The position numbers were made by a program, and so were the translations under genes. This document shows positions 55,209 to 64,000 of a stretch of 64,000 bases of DNA, piece after piece (the stretch's first letter is position 1; each line of letters starts with the position of its first letter). Source of the stretch: an uncultured Acidimicrobiia bacterium (GTDB taxonomy: Bacteria; Actinomycetota; Acidimicrobiia; Spongiisociales; UBA5794); assembly GCA_963753185.1 (NCBI GenBank), contig CAVWBO010000007.1, positions 2,507,805-2,571,804 of the forward strand, written 5' to 3'. Under the pieces are notes generated by a model, which searched no databases, was not told where the DNA came from, and saw nothing but the letters and a program-made list of their open reading frames with translations.

Positions 55209-56288
55209 ATGCTCGGTTTCATCACACGTAGAACGCTCGTAGCGATCCCCGTCCTCATCGGGATCGTCGTCGTCGTGTTCTTCCTGATCAGGGCGATCCC
55301 CGGGGACCCATGCACGTCGCTTCTCGGCGAGCGGGCCACCGCGGAGGCCTGCGAACGATTCAACGAGGCGAACGGCCTCAACGAACCCATCTGGGTCCAG
55401 CTCGGGATCTACATGAAGAGCGTGGTGACGTTCAACCTCGGCGACTCGATCCGATTCTCACGGCCGGTGAACCAGCTCCTCATCGAGCGCCTCCCGACCA
55501 CGACCGAACTCGCTGTCTCCGCTCTGACGCTGTCGATCGCGGTCGGCGTGCCATTGGGAATCGTCGCCGCTCGGCGACACAACTCCGCGGTCGACGCTGC
55601 CACGATGGCGTTCGCGAACGTCGGCGTCTCGATGCCGGTGTTCTGGCTCGGTCTGATGCTTGCCTACCTGTTCGCGATCGTGCTCCAGGGCACACCGCTC
55701 GAGCTGCCACCGTCTGGCCGGTTGACCGCAGGCGTCTTCTCCGTCCCCTACTACGAGGTCTGGGATTGGAACCTCAACGAGGGCACGTTCTGGGCGAGCT
55801 TCCACGAATACGTGGCGAACCACGTCATCTTCAACAGCTTCATCACCGCCCAGTGGTCCGTGTGGTGGGATGCCGTCAGGCACATGATCCTCCCCGCAAT
55901 CGCGCTTGCGACGATTCCGCTCGCCATCATCGCGCGGATCACACGGAGCTCTCTGCTCGAGGCGATGAACAAGGATTACATCCGCACGGCTCGGGCGAAG
56001 GGCGCATCCGAGACGAGGGTGGTGCGAAAGCATGCACTCAGGAACTCGATGCTTCCCGTCGTCACAATCATCGGGCTCCAGCTTGGCGCGCTGCTCGGTG
56101 GCGCCGTTCTCACCGAGACGGTCTTCCGACTCGCCGGGATCGGTACGGCGCTCTTCGATGCCGTCACGGGGAGGGACTACGCAGTCGTACAGGGATTCAC
56201 CGTTGTCATCGCGACGGTGTACGTCGTCGTGAACCTCCTCGTCGACCTCTCCTACGGCTACCTCGACCCGAGGATCAGGGTGAAGTAG
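55209..56288 (+). CDS. ABC-transporter permease (DppB/OppB-like)
   Basis: Six TM helices and the EAA-like motif (YIRTARAKGASETRVVRKHALRN). Confidence 0.85.
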   Translation: MLGFITRRTLVAIPVLIGIVVVVFFLIRAIPGDPCTSLLGERATAEACERFNEANGLNEPIWVQLGIYMKSVVTFNLGDSIRFSRPVNQLLIERLPTTTELAVSALTLSIAVGVPLGIVAARRHNSAVDAATMAFANVGVSMPVFWLGLMLAYLFAIVLQGTPLELPPSGRLTAGVFSVPYYEVWDWNLNEGTFWASFHEYVANHVIFNSFITAQWSVWWDAVRHMILPAIALATIPLAIIARITRSSLLEAMNKDYIRTARAKGASETRVVRKHALRNSMLPVVTIIGLQLGALLGGAVLTETVFRLAGIGTALFDAVTGRDYAVVQGFTVVIATVYVVVNLLVDLSYGYLDPRIRVK

Positions 56289-57239
56289 ATGACGAGCCGA
56301 AAGACCGTTGAACTCCTCGAATCCGCGGCTGCCGCGCAGCTGCTGACCGATCCCCCGACCAGCCAATGGCGTCTCACGCTCAAGCGGTTCCGTGGACGCA
56401 AGTCGGGCATGATCGGCCTCGGCATCGTTGTCGTCCTCATCCTCGTCGCCATCTTCGCCCCTGTGATCGCGCCGTACGGACCGAACGAGGTACTCATCGG
56501 AAAGCAGGACGTCGGACCACGGGAGAAGCCATGCGTCCACATCCTCGGATGTGATCCCGACCAGCCCCAACACATCATGGGCACCGACGGCAACGTGCGT
56601 GACGAGTTCTCACGCGTGATCTTCGGGGCTCGCGTCAGCCTCACACTCGGCTTCTTCACGGTGACGATCGCCCTCATCATCGGCAGCATCCTCGGTGCGA
56701 TCGCCGGATACGTCGGCGGGTGGTTCGACAACATCGTGATGCGATTCATGGACGTGATCCTCGGTTTCCCATCCCTCGTGCTCGCGATCGCGATCGTCGC
56801 CGTGCTCGGCCCCGGACTCCAGAACGCCCTCATCGCTATCGCGATCGTCAGCATCCCTGCCTATGCGCGCGTGATGCGATCCCAGGTGCTCTCGATCAAG
56901 GAGAGTGACTACATCTCCGCTTCCAAGGCGCTCGGCCAGTCTGCGTTCGGGATCCTGATCCGCCGCGTCGTACCCAACGCGCTGACTCCCCTCGTCGTGC
57001 TTGCGACGCTCGGCGTTGCCACCGCGATCCTCGAAGCCGCGGGACTGTCGTTCCTCGGCCTCGGCGCCCAGCCCCCGACGGCCGAGTGGGGAACGATGCT
57101 CGCGACGGAGCGCAACAACGTCTTCACGTCGCCTCACCTCGTCTTCTTCCCCGGGTTTGCGATCATGATCACGGTGCTCGGCTTCAACCTCATGGGTGAT
57201 GGCCTGCGCGACGCCCTCGACCCATCACTGAACAAATGA
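56289..57239 (+). CDS. ABC-transporter permease (DppC/OppC-like)
   Basis: Typical DppC topology with the SIKESDYISASKALGQS EAA-like motif. Start is 1 nt after the dppB-like stop. Confidence 0.85.
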   Translation: MTSRKTVELLESAAAAQLLTDPPTSQWRLTLKRFRGRKSGMIGLGIVVVLILVAIFAPVIAPYGPNEVLIGKQDVGPREKPCVHILGCDPDQPQHIMGTDGNVRDEFSRVIFGARVSLTLGFFTVTIALIIGSILGAIAGYVGGWFDNIVMRFMDVILGFPSLVLAIAIVAVLGPGLQNALIAIAIVSIPAYARVMRSQVLSIKESDYISASKALGQSAFGILIRRVVPNALTPLVVLATLGVATAILEAAGLSFLGLGAQPPTAEWGTMLATERNNVFTSPHLVFFPGFAIMITVLGFNLMGDGLRDALDPSLNK

Positions 57240-58288
57240 CGGATCACGAGCCCCTGGTCACGATCGTCCCACCGGATCTCCGGCGTGATTGGGGGGAGCG
57301 ACTCCTCGAGATCACGGGCCTCAAGACGCACTTCGACACCAGAGAGGGAGTGGTCAAGGCGGTCGACGAGGTGAGCATCCACGTGGATCGGGGGGAGGTG
57401 CTCGGCATCGTCGGTGAGTCCGGGTGCGGGAAGTCGGTCATGTCGTTCTCGATCATGGGCCTCGTTCCGAAGCCGGGGGCCGTGGTCGCCGGGAAGATCA
57501 TGTTCAACGGTCGCGACATCCGCGAGATGTCCGAGCGGGAACTTCGGGAGGTTCGCGGCGAGCACATGTCGATGATCTTCCAGCAGCCGGGCTCGGCGCT
57601 CAACCCGGTCCAGAGGGCAGGTGTCCAGATCACCGAGGTCTTCGAGCTCCACCGCGACTGGTCGAAGGACGTTGAGGAGGCAAAGACGCTCGAGATGCTC
57701 GCACAGGTGGGCATCCCCGATCCCGCTTCGCGGGCGAAGGCGTATCCGCACGAACTCTCCGGGGGGATGGCACAGAGGATCATGATCGCCATGGCCCTGT
57801 CATGCGAGCCCGAGCTGCTCATCGCCGACGAGCCGACGACCGCGCTCGACGTCACGATCCAGGCACAGATCCTCGACCTCATCAGGAACCTCCAGGCAGA
57901 GTCGAAGACGGCGGTCATCCTCATCACGCACGACCTCGGTGTCGTCGCCGAGATGGCTGACAGGGTGGCGGTGATGTACGCCGGTCAGATCGTGGAGGAG
58001 ACGGACGTTCGCACGATCTTCAAGGAACCGCTCCATCCCTACACGCGCGGCCTCGTGAAGTCGATCCCCGTGCTCGGTCGCCTCTCCGACACGCTCGAGA
58101 CCATCCCGGGAGTCGTACCGAGCCTGATCGACCTCCCCGTGGGATGCCGCTTCGCGTCGCGGTGCACGGCCCGGGTCGAGAACGATCTCGACATCTGCCT
58201 CGAGGTGGAACCGAGCCTGGACGAGGTGCGTCAAGGTCACAAGGTCCGCTGCTGGCTCTATGCGGACAGGGAGGACGCAGATGGGTGA
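57236..58288 (+). CDS. ABC-transporter ATP-binding protein (DppD/OppD-like)
   Basis: Walker A GESGCGKS, signature LSGGMAQR, Walker [13 protein letters not shown], and the oligopeptide C-terminal domain. Overlaps the upstream permease by 4 nt. Confidence 0.85.
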   Translation: MTDHEPLVTIVPPDLRRDWGERLLEITGLKTHFDTREGVVKAVDEVSIHVDRGEVLGIVGESGCGKSVMSFSIMGLVPKPGAVVAGKIMFNGRDIREMSERELREVRGEHMSMIFQQPGSALNPVQRAGVQITEVFELHRDWSKDVEEAKTLEMLAQVGIPDPASRAKAYPHELSGGMAQRIMIAMALSCEPELLIADEPTTALDVTIQAQILDLIRNLQAESKTAVILITHDLGVVAEMADRVAVMYAGQIVEETDVRTIFKEPLHPYTRGLVKSIPVLGRLSDTLETIPGVVPSLIDLPVGCRFASRCTARVENDLDICLEVEPSLDEVRQGHKVRCWLYADREDADG

Positions 58289-59285
58289 CCCGCTCGTCGT
58301 CGCGAAGGACCTCGTGATGCAGTTCCCGGTACGCGGTGGTGTGCTCCAACGTCAGATCGCAACGGTGAACGCCGTCGCCGGAGTGGACCTCACGATCCAC
58401 CGGGGGGAGACCGTCGGTCTCGTCGGTGAGTCGGGTTGCGGCAAGTCGACGCTGGGGAGGATGCTCGTGCGCCTCCTCCAGCCGACCTCGGGAACCATCC
58501 TCTTCGACGGCGAGGACGTCACGCACGTCTCCGGCAACTCGTTGCGCCCGTTCAGGCGCCGTGCCCAGATCATCTTCCAGGACCCGTACTCGTCGCTCGA
58601 TCCCCGGACCCAGGTCGGTAACTCGATCTCGGAGGGCCTCCGAATCCACGGGGTCTCGGACAAGGACGAACGCCAGACGCGCGTCTGCGACATGCTCGAG
58701 CTCGTCGGGCTCCCACGGTCGGCCAGTGGGCGATATCCGCACGAGTTCTCCGGTGGCCAGCGCCAGCGCATAGGGCTCGCACGTGCCCTGGTCCTCAAGC
58801 CGGACTTCGTCGTGGCAGATGAACCGGTTTCCGCACTCGACGTATCCGTCCAGGCACAGGTCCTCAACCTGCTGAAGGAGCTCCAGAGAGAGCTCCACCT
58901 CACACTCCTGTTCGTCGCACACAACCTCGCCGTCGTCGAGCACATGTCCGACAGGGTGGCCGTGATGTACCTCGGCAGGATCGCTGAGATCACCGACCGC
59001 GAACAGCTGTACCGCGCACCGCTCCATCCATACACGGAGGCACTCCTGTCGGCGATCCCGATGCCGGACCCCGACCGTCCGAGGGATCGCCAGATCCTCC
59101 AGGGTGAGGTGCCATCCCCCATCGATCCACCATCTGGGTGCTATTTCCATCCCCGATGCCCGCTCGCCGTGAAGGGGGTCTGCGACGTCGAGACGCCAGA
59201 GCTCCTCCCCGGGCGCGATCGGATCGACCACCTTGCCTCGTGCCACGTCCGCACGGGATCGCTCTCCACCACGACCACATCCTGA
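58281..59285 (+). CDS. ABC-transporter ATP-binding protein (DppF/OppF-like)
   Basis: Walker [10 protein letters not shown], signature FSGGQRQR, Walker [13 protein letters not shown]. Start at MGDPLVVAK, overlapping the upstream stop by 8 nt. Confidence 0.85.
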   Translation: MGDPLVVAKDLVMQFPVRGGVLQRQIATVNAVAGVDLTIHRGETVGLVGESGCGKSTLGRMLVRLLQPTSGTILFDGEDVTHVSGNSLRPFRRRAQIIFQDPYSSLDPRTQVGNSISEGLRIHGVSDKDERQTRVCDMLELVGLPRSASGRYPHEFSGGQRQRIGLARALVLKPDFVVADEPVSALDVSVQAQVLNLLKELQRELHLTLLFVAHNLAVVEHMSDRVAVMYLGRIAEITDREQLYRAPLHPYTEALLSAIPMPDPDRPRDRQILQGEVPSPIDPPSGCYFHPRCPLAVKGVCDVETPELLPGRDRIDHLASCHVRTGSLSTTTTS

Positions 59286-59318
59286 CCGTCCTGACGGCCC
59301 GCTCCGCATCGGTCCGTA

Positions 59319-60104
59319 TCAGGCTCCGGTCACGGCCGTTCCCCGGTCAATGAGCTTCGGACAGACCTCAGCAATGACGCAGACCTCACATTCGGGATCC
59401 CGTTTGTGGCACCACGTGCGGCCTATCTCCCACATGGGGAGGTCGAGGGCGCCTGGTCGCTCCGGATGCAGGGATCTGGCCCGCTCGACCATGTGGGTGA
59501 CGTTGTCGCGTTCCGCGAGCCCGGTGCGAAGCATGAGCCTGCGCACGTGCACGTCGTAGGCGATGTCGGATCCCGTCATGTCTGCGATGTCCACCCCGAG
59601 CTGCGCGTACAGGATCTCCACCGCCATGGCTGCCTTCTTCTGGCTGATCCCCCTGAACGCCGACATCCGCCCCTGGAGCTCACGAGCCGTCGGAGTTCCG
59701 GCCCACACTGCCGACGCATCGCCCCCGTACTCGTCGATCACCCGTCGTGCCCCTTCGATGACGAATGAAGACGTCTGGTTCGGGAATCGGTGGATGGCGG
59801 GAGGACCGATGAAGGCCGCGTGCACGAGATCGGGATGTCCGGCGACGAGCTCCACGCTCCACCCACCGAGGCGCTGGGCGAGGTTGTACGGCGTGGCCCA
59901 TGCCCGGTCGGCAGGCATCTGGTAGTCGCAGATGACCCCGCACAAGAACCCCCATGCATCCGTTACGAGGAGATCGTTCGCGGCGGGATTGTTCGTGAGC
60001 ACGGTGGTGAGCCGCGACGCCTCGATCGCGTCGAGCTCCTCACCGAATGCGAGTAGTGCTTCGACGACCCCGGGAGATGATGCAAGGGCCTTGCGACGTC
60101 CCAT
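59319..60104 (-). CDS. HhH-GPD superfamily base-excision DNA glycosylase-like protein with a [4Fe-4S] cluster loop
   Basis: Helix-hairpin-helix GISQKKAAMAV and a C-terminal CHKRDPECEVCVIAEVC (C-X6-C-X2-C-X5-C) Fe-S cluster loop as in EndoIII/MutY. Confidence 0.55.
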   Translation of the reverse strand: MGRRKALASSPGVVEALLAFGEELDAIEASRLTTVLTNNPAANDLLVTDAWGFLCGVICDYQMPADRAWATPYNLAQRLGGWSVELVAGHPDLVHAAFIGPPAIHRFPNQTSSFVIEGARRVIDEYGGDASAVWAGTPTARELQGRMSAFRGISQKKAAMAVEILYAQLGVDIADMTGSDIAYDVHVRRLMLRTGLAERDNVTHMVERARSLHPERPGALDLPMWEIGRTWCHKRDPECEVCVIAEVCPKLIDRGTAVTGA

Positions 60105-60173
60105 AGATCGGCGAGGATACCTCCGTCTTGATTCGGGCTCGGGTGGCGCACGATCCGAGGGCGTCGCTGACGG

Positions 60174-60977
60174 TCAGGTGCCGGTGAGCCGTGCGAGCTC
60201 GGTGCGCAAGGCGATCTCCTCGGCATCGGAACCTTCCCCGAGGCGCGAGGCGACGACGGGGAGGCGCCACGCGGCGACGACCCTTCGATCGATCTTCGCC
60301 CGCGAGGCGATCCTCCTCTGGTAGCCCTTCAGGAACATCCGCCGAAGGGCTGAGAGAACCCGTCGGCTGACCCCCTCCCCCGCAGGTGTGCCCACCGAGA
60401 TCAGCCACATCGTCCTCGCGACATCCGCCGATGGCGACCCGGTGCTTGCACTCGCCCAATCGATCACCTGCCCACCACGCGCGGCAAGGATGATGTTTCC
60501 CGGCCGAAAGTCCCCATGGAGGAGCGAATCCCCGTCGGGCGCAGCCTTCAGGACCCCAAGGGCGGCAGCACGCTGGTGGGCGGTGATGTCGGCTCCCTCT
60601 ATTCGTTCTCCCATGACGTCGAGGAGGGAAGGAAGGCCAGACGGTGTCGTCGAGAGGACGCTGTGGTGCAGGTCCGCAAACTGTCGTGCCCAGCTCCCGA
60701 CGCGCATCGGATCGAGGGCGATCTCATCGAGGAGGGAATCGCCATCGACGCGATCGAACACGATCCCGTGGCGCCCGTCGATGGTGACGACGCCGTGAAC
60801 TGCTGGCGCAGGAGCTCCTGCGAGGACCGCCGCCGCGGCGCGGGACGCCTCGAGGTCGGCGTCGGGTGCTGAGACACCGCGACGAAGGAGTTTCACGACG
60901 CGGTCGTCGCCGTATCCGAACACCTCGGCGGTTCGGCCGGCTGCGATGAGTGGCCCTTTCGAGCCGTGCGCGGTCAC
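60174..60977 (-). CDS. phosphotransferase-family protein (APH/choline-kinase-like)
   Basis: Catalytic loop LHGDFRPGNIIL (HGD...N) and a downstream D-motif (VIDWASAS). Confidence 0.65.
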   Translation of the reverse strand: MTAHGSKGPLIAAGRTAEVFGYGDDRVVKLLRRGVSAPDADLEASRAAAAVLAGAPAPAVHGVVTIDGRHGIVFDRVDGDSLLDEIALDPMRVGSWARQFADLHHSVLSTTPSGLPSLLDVMGERIEGADITAHQRAAALGVLKAAPDGDSLLHGDFRPGNIILAARGGQVIDWASASTGSPSADVARTMWLISVGTPAGEGVSRRVLSALRRMFLKGYQRRIASRAKIDRRVVAAWRLPVVASRLGEGSDAEEIALRTELARLTGT

Positions 60978-61960
60978 CAGCGTTGGTGGACGTGGGGAGC
61001 CGCGTACTCCTCGTAGATCTCAGCGATCCTGTCCATGGTCGCCTCGTCGATGTGGTCCATCTCCGATGCTGCTGCATTGTCCGCAACCTGGCGAGGGTTC
61101 TTGCCGCCCGGGATGACGGAGGACACGGCAGGGTGGTCGAGGATCCACCGCAACGCGAACTGCGCTGGCGTCACCCCCTCTGGGATGAGGGGACGAAGCG
61201 CATCCATCGCTTCGAGGGCAACCTCGAAGGGGACACCCGAGAAGGTCTCGCCCACATCGAACGCCTCCCCGTCCCGGTTGAACGCGCGGTGGTCATCTGC
61301 CGCGAATGAAGAGCTCGCGGACATCTTCCCCGTGAGGACGCCGCTCGCGAGGGGAACCCTTGCGATGACACCCACGTTGCGTGCGGCTGCCTCCCTGAAG
61401 AAGAGCCCCGCCGGCCTGTGCCTGAGGATGTTGAAGATGATCTGGACGGTCGCGACGTTCGGGTACTCGATCGCCTTGAGCGCCTCCTCCACCTTCTCGA
61501 CGCTGACGCCGTAGTGGAGCACCTTTCCCGAGGCGACCAGCTCGTCCATCGCGTCGAAGACATCGGGGAGGTAGTACGCCTCGGTGGGCGGGCAGTGCAG
61601 CTGGAGGAGGTCGAGCGAGTCCATTTCGAGGTTCTCCCGGCTGCGGTCGATGAACGCCTCGAGGTTGTCTGCGTTGTACCCCTCCGCAACATGCGGCGAC
61701 AGGCGACGGCCGGCTTTGGTGGCCACGACCATCTCCGCCTCGGGTCGCTCACGGCGCACCTTGGCGATCAGTCGCTCGCTGCGTCCGTCACCGTAGACAT
61801 CTGCCGTGTCGAAGAACGTGATGCCGCGGTCCAGGGCCTCGAACAGGGAGGCCATGGCGTCGCTCTCGGTCACCTCACCCCAAGTGCCCCCGATGGCCCA
61901 CGCCCCGAACCCCACCTCTGATACCCGGAGATCGGTTCTACCGAGGTCTCGATACTTCAT
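60974..61960 (-). CDS. aldo/keto reductase
   Basis: Start at MKYRDLGRTDLRVSEVGFGAWAIGG. The AKR catalytic tetrad context (FFDTADVYGDG...) is present. Overlaps the downstream kinase-like gene by 4 nt. Confidence 0.8.
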   Translation of the reverse strand: MKYRDLGRTDLRVSEVGFGAWAIGGTWGEVTESDAMASLFEALDRGITFFDTADVYGDGRSERLIAKVRRERPEAEMVVATKAGRRLSPHVAEGYNADNLEAFIDRSRENLEMDSLDLLQLHCPPTEAYYLPDVFDAMDELVASGKVLHYGVSVEKVEEALKAIEYPNVATVQIIFNILRHRPAGLFFREAAARNVGVIARVPLASGVLTGKMSASSSFAADDHRAFNRDGEAFDVGETFSGVPFEVALEAMDALRPLIPEGVTPAQFALRWILDHPAVSSVIPGGKNPRQVADNAAASEMDHIDEATMDRIAEIYEEYAAPHVHQRW

Positions 61961-62114
61961 GGTGCTCACCTCCTCCGATGTCCCAAGCATGCCCCCGTTG
62001 CGATCACTACGTGCTCTCGTGGCGACACGCGATGGGAGGAAGCCATTCATGGATCATCGCCATATGCTCCACCGCCGACGATAGGAGAATCGCCTGCTGC
62101 GAAGACGAAGCCTC

Positions 62115-62582
62115 GTGCTCAGCCTCCCTGGGGCTTCCCTCGTGGTCTCCATCGCGCTGTCCGGATGCGCCGGTGCAGCACCCGATCCGATCGCCGATAC
62201 CACGACGAGCACCACAGTCGCCGCCACGGCCCCGAGCACGCCCGAACAGACCATCACGTCGACCATGGCTCCCGTCACGACAACCACCGAGGATCAGGCA
62301 ACCACGACCACGACCACCAGTGAACCCGAGGTGCTGACGACGACCGGGATCGTGATCGACATGGCCGGAGACCTGGCTGCGACGACTGGCGTCACGATCC
62401 TCGACGGGGACGGAGTGCAGATCATCTTCGTCCCATCTGCCGACGCGACCTTCCACGGAGGTCCCGTGAGCCACATCCGCGACCACCTGTTGAGTGGCCT
62501 GCCCGTCGTCGTCGAGTACCGGGTGCTCGGTGACGGGACGTTCGAGGCGATCTCGTTCGACGACGTCGATCACGACCAATGA
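62115..62582 (+). CDS. hypothetical lipoprotein with Thr-rich linker
   Basis: Lipobox LSGC and a T-rich linker TTTSTTVAATAPSTP...TTTTTTSEPEV. A probable alternative CTG start at about 62091 has AGGAGAA 4 nt upstream and yields an LLRRRS n-region. Confidence 0.5.
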   Translation: MLSLPGASLVVSIALSGCAGAAPDPIADTTTSTTVAATAPSTPEQTITSTMAPVTTTTEDQATTTTTTSEPEVLTTTGIVIDMAGDLAATTGVTILDGDGVQIIFVPSADATFHGGPVSHIRDHLLSGLPVVVEYRVLGDGTFEAISFDDVDHDQ

Positions 62583-62653
62583 GTCGGCCCATCGAACGGC
62601 ATCGGTCCGCTCCCGTCGGTGTATCGCCCGGTCCCGTGGGGAATGGGAATGCC

Positions 62654-64000
62654 CTACCGGGGTGAACCGTCGCCGGCGTTGCCATCCAATGCGGACAGGG
62701 CATCGAGAAGTGCCCGTCTCGCCACCTCAGCGTCCTCCCCGGCCAGTGATGCCGGATCGAGCTGGAGGTTGAAGCCGCTGCCTGCGGCATTGATGGCGTT
62801 CCCCGCCCTCTGTTCCATCGTGCCGACCACTTCGTAGGTAAACAGCTTGTGGGAGATGCCCTTGACCTGGACATCTCCGACGGGGCGGCAGTAGATCTCA
62901 TCCTTGACGAGTGAGTAGGTCTCGTGGGAGATGTGAATCTGGTCCGGCTGTGCCGTGGATTCCAGCCTCGACGCGATATTGACCGACCCGCCCACGATGG
63001 TGTAGTCCATGCGGTCCTCGGAACCGAAGTTGCCGACCGTGCAGTAACCGGTGTTGATGCCCATCCGGACCCGCAGCTTCGTCGAGTCCGTCATCTCGGC
63101 CCAGCCCTCGCAGAGGTCGCGGATCCGTTCGCGCATTCGAACGGCCATGCGGACACAGGAAAGGGCATCCTGCTTTCGGCCCTTCGTCTCGGGATCGCCG
63201 AAGAAGATCATGATCCCGTCGCCTATGAACTTGTCGATCGTCCCTCCGTACTCGTCGGCGATCTTCGCCATCTCCGACAGGTATGAGTTGAGGATCTCGC
63301 TCAATCGCTCTGCTTCGAGGCGATCGGTGAGGTCAGTGAAACCGAGGATGTCGGAGAAGAAGACGGTGAGCTCCTTGCGATAGGACTCGACCCTGACCTC
63401 CCTCCTCCCCTCGAAGATCGAGTCGTACACCTGGCGGGATAGGTACTTCGCGAGCTTCGCCGACAGCGCCTCGAGTTGATCGTTCTTCTCGTTGAGCGAT
63501 TTGTTGGCGAGATGGAGGGCCTCCTCGGCCCGCTTGCGTTCCGTGATGTCCCTGACGATCCCAATGAATACGGGCTCGGAACCCGTCGACGCAGTCGCCA
63601 GTGACAGTTCGATCGGGAACTCGCGTCCGTCCCTGTGCAGCCCGGCGAGTTCGACGGTGCTCCCGATGACATGTCGCTCACCGCCTGCGACGACCCGCTC
63701 GATGCCTGCTCCGTGTCGATCGCGGAAGCGCTCGGGGACGATTGCGGTGAGGGGTTCGCCAAGCATCTCGTCGGCGGTGTAGCCGAAGAGATCCGTGGCG
63801 TGCCTGTTCCAGACGAGGACTCGGCCCTCGTGGTCGACGGAGATGATGGCGTCGTTGGCTGCGGCCAGGATGGCCTCGAGCCGGTGTGTGGTGTTCGTCA
63901 GCTCGCGGGTCACCGCCACGTGTTCGGACACATCCCTGATGATCCCGCTGAAGTACTGGTCCCCTTCGGACGTCCACGTGGCGAGGGACAGCTCAATGGG
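62654..64000 (-). CDS. multi-PAS-domain class III adenylate cyclase (N-terminus beyond the window end)
   Basis: C-terminal cyclase homology domain (FFSDILGFTD...GGTIDKFIGDGIMIFFG...NTGYCTVGNFGS). The Lys in DKFIGDG suggests ATP specificity. A PAS domain lies upstream. The ORF continues in frame to position 64000 with a second PAS C-terminal motif (FPIELSLATWTSEGDQYFSGIIRDVSEH). Confidence 0.75.
   Translation of the reverse strand, partial: PIELSLATWTSEGDQYFSGIIRDVSEHVAVTRELTNTTHRLEAILAAANDAIISVDHEGRVLVWNRHATDLFGYTADEMLGEPLTAIVPERFRDRHGAGIERVVAGGERHVIGSTVELAGLHRDGREFPIELSLATASTGSEPVFIGIVRDITERKRAEEALHLANKSLNEKNDQLEALSAKLAKYLSRQVYDSIFEGRREVRVESYRKELTVFFSDILGFTDLTDRLEAERLSEILNSYLSEMAKIADEYGGTIDKFIGDGIMIFFGDPETKGRKQDALSCVRMAVRMRERIRDLCEGWAEMTDSTKLRVRMGINTGYCTVGNFGSEDRMDYTIVGGSVNIASRLESTAQPDQIHISHETYSLVKDEIYCRPVGDVQVKGISHKLFTYEVVGTMEQRAGNAINAAGSGFNLQLDPASLAGEDAEVARRALLDALSALDGNAGDGSPR

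Noticed and set aside
55458-56573. 371-aa minus-strand ORF.
   Set aside because: Antisense to the ABC permease gene(s), which have unambiguous transporter motifs.
58020-59309. 429-aa minus-strand ORF.
   Set aside because: Antisense to the second ABC ATPase gene (Walker A/B and signature motifs on the plus strand).
1-64000. Considered whether the window is a mobile genomic island.
   Set aside because: No integrase, transposase, recombinase, phage or conjugation genes, and no flanking tRNA or direct repeats. The gene content is housekeeping and accessory metabolism.

Overview
High-GC (~68%) chromosomal segment, most likely from an actinobacterium. The evidence is an F420/deazaflavin-dependent Ddn-like nitroreductase, a Cheo-box LexA site, a ~1600-aa NAD-glutamate dehydrogenase, a cutinase, an LCP-family protein and Thr/Pro-rich linkers. 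I found no transposase, integrase, rRNA, tRNA or CRISPR array. Content from 5' to 3': (1) the phenylacetate 1,2-epoxidase operon paaABCDE on the minus strand with its TetR repressor (PaaR-like) and a perfect PaaR-type operator palindrome upstream of paaA. (2) NAD-GDH, a BI-1/YccA membrane protein and an HSL-type esterase. (3) A UvrD-like helicase whose start codon lies inside a perfect LexA SOS box. (4) A MarR/YceI divergent pair with clustered TGCAAC inverted repeats, plus VanW, LtrA and an MBL hydrolase. (5) An unusual signalling operon: a cNMP-binding histidine kinase translationally coupled to a REC-glutaredoxin-like-TrxR-like protein that has lost all redox cysteines. A multi-PAS class III adenylate cyclase sits at the window end. 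(6) A Cas4/TM0106-type nuclease, a TetR-tryptophanase pair, an orphan Phd/YefM antitoxin and an LCP protein. (7) A ~650-bp higher-order GC-rich tandem-repeat array that is non-coding and not a CRISPR. (8) An FeS-BCP (6-4)-photolyase-amidohydrolase-DUF3179 operon, with a DUF2071-Nei pair nearby. (9) A sugar/aldehyde catabolic operon on the minus strand and an FAD-oxidoreductase-DUF1365 pair. (10) A dppABCDF-like ABC importer whose substrate-binding protein appears circularly permuted. Three genes (nei, an ALDH, DUF1365) each carry an apparent single-nucleotide frameshift. Two copies of a ~50-bp perfect palindromic element sit in convergent-gene gaps. Gene starts were re-derived from homology and RBS where the ORF track gives only the longest ORF.
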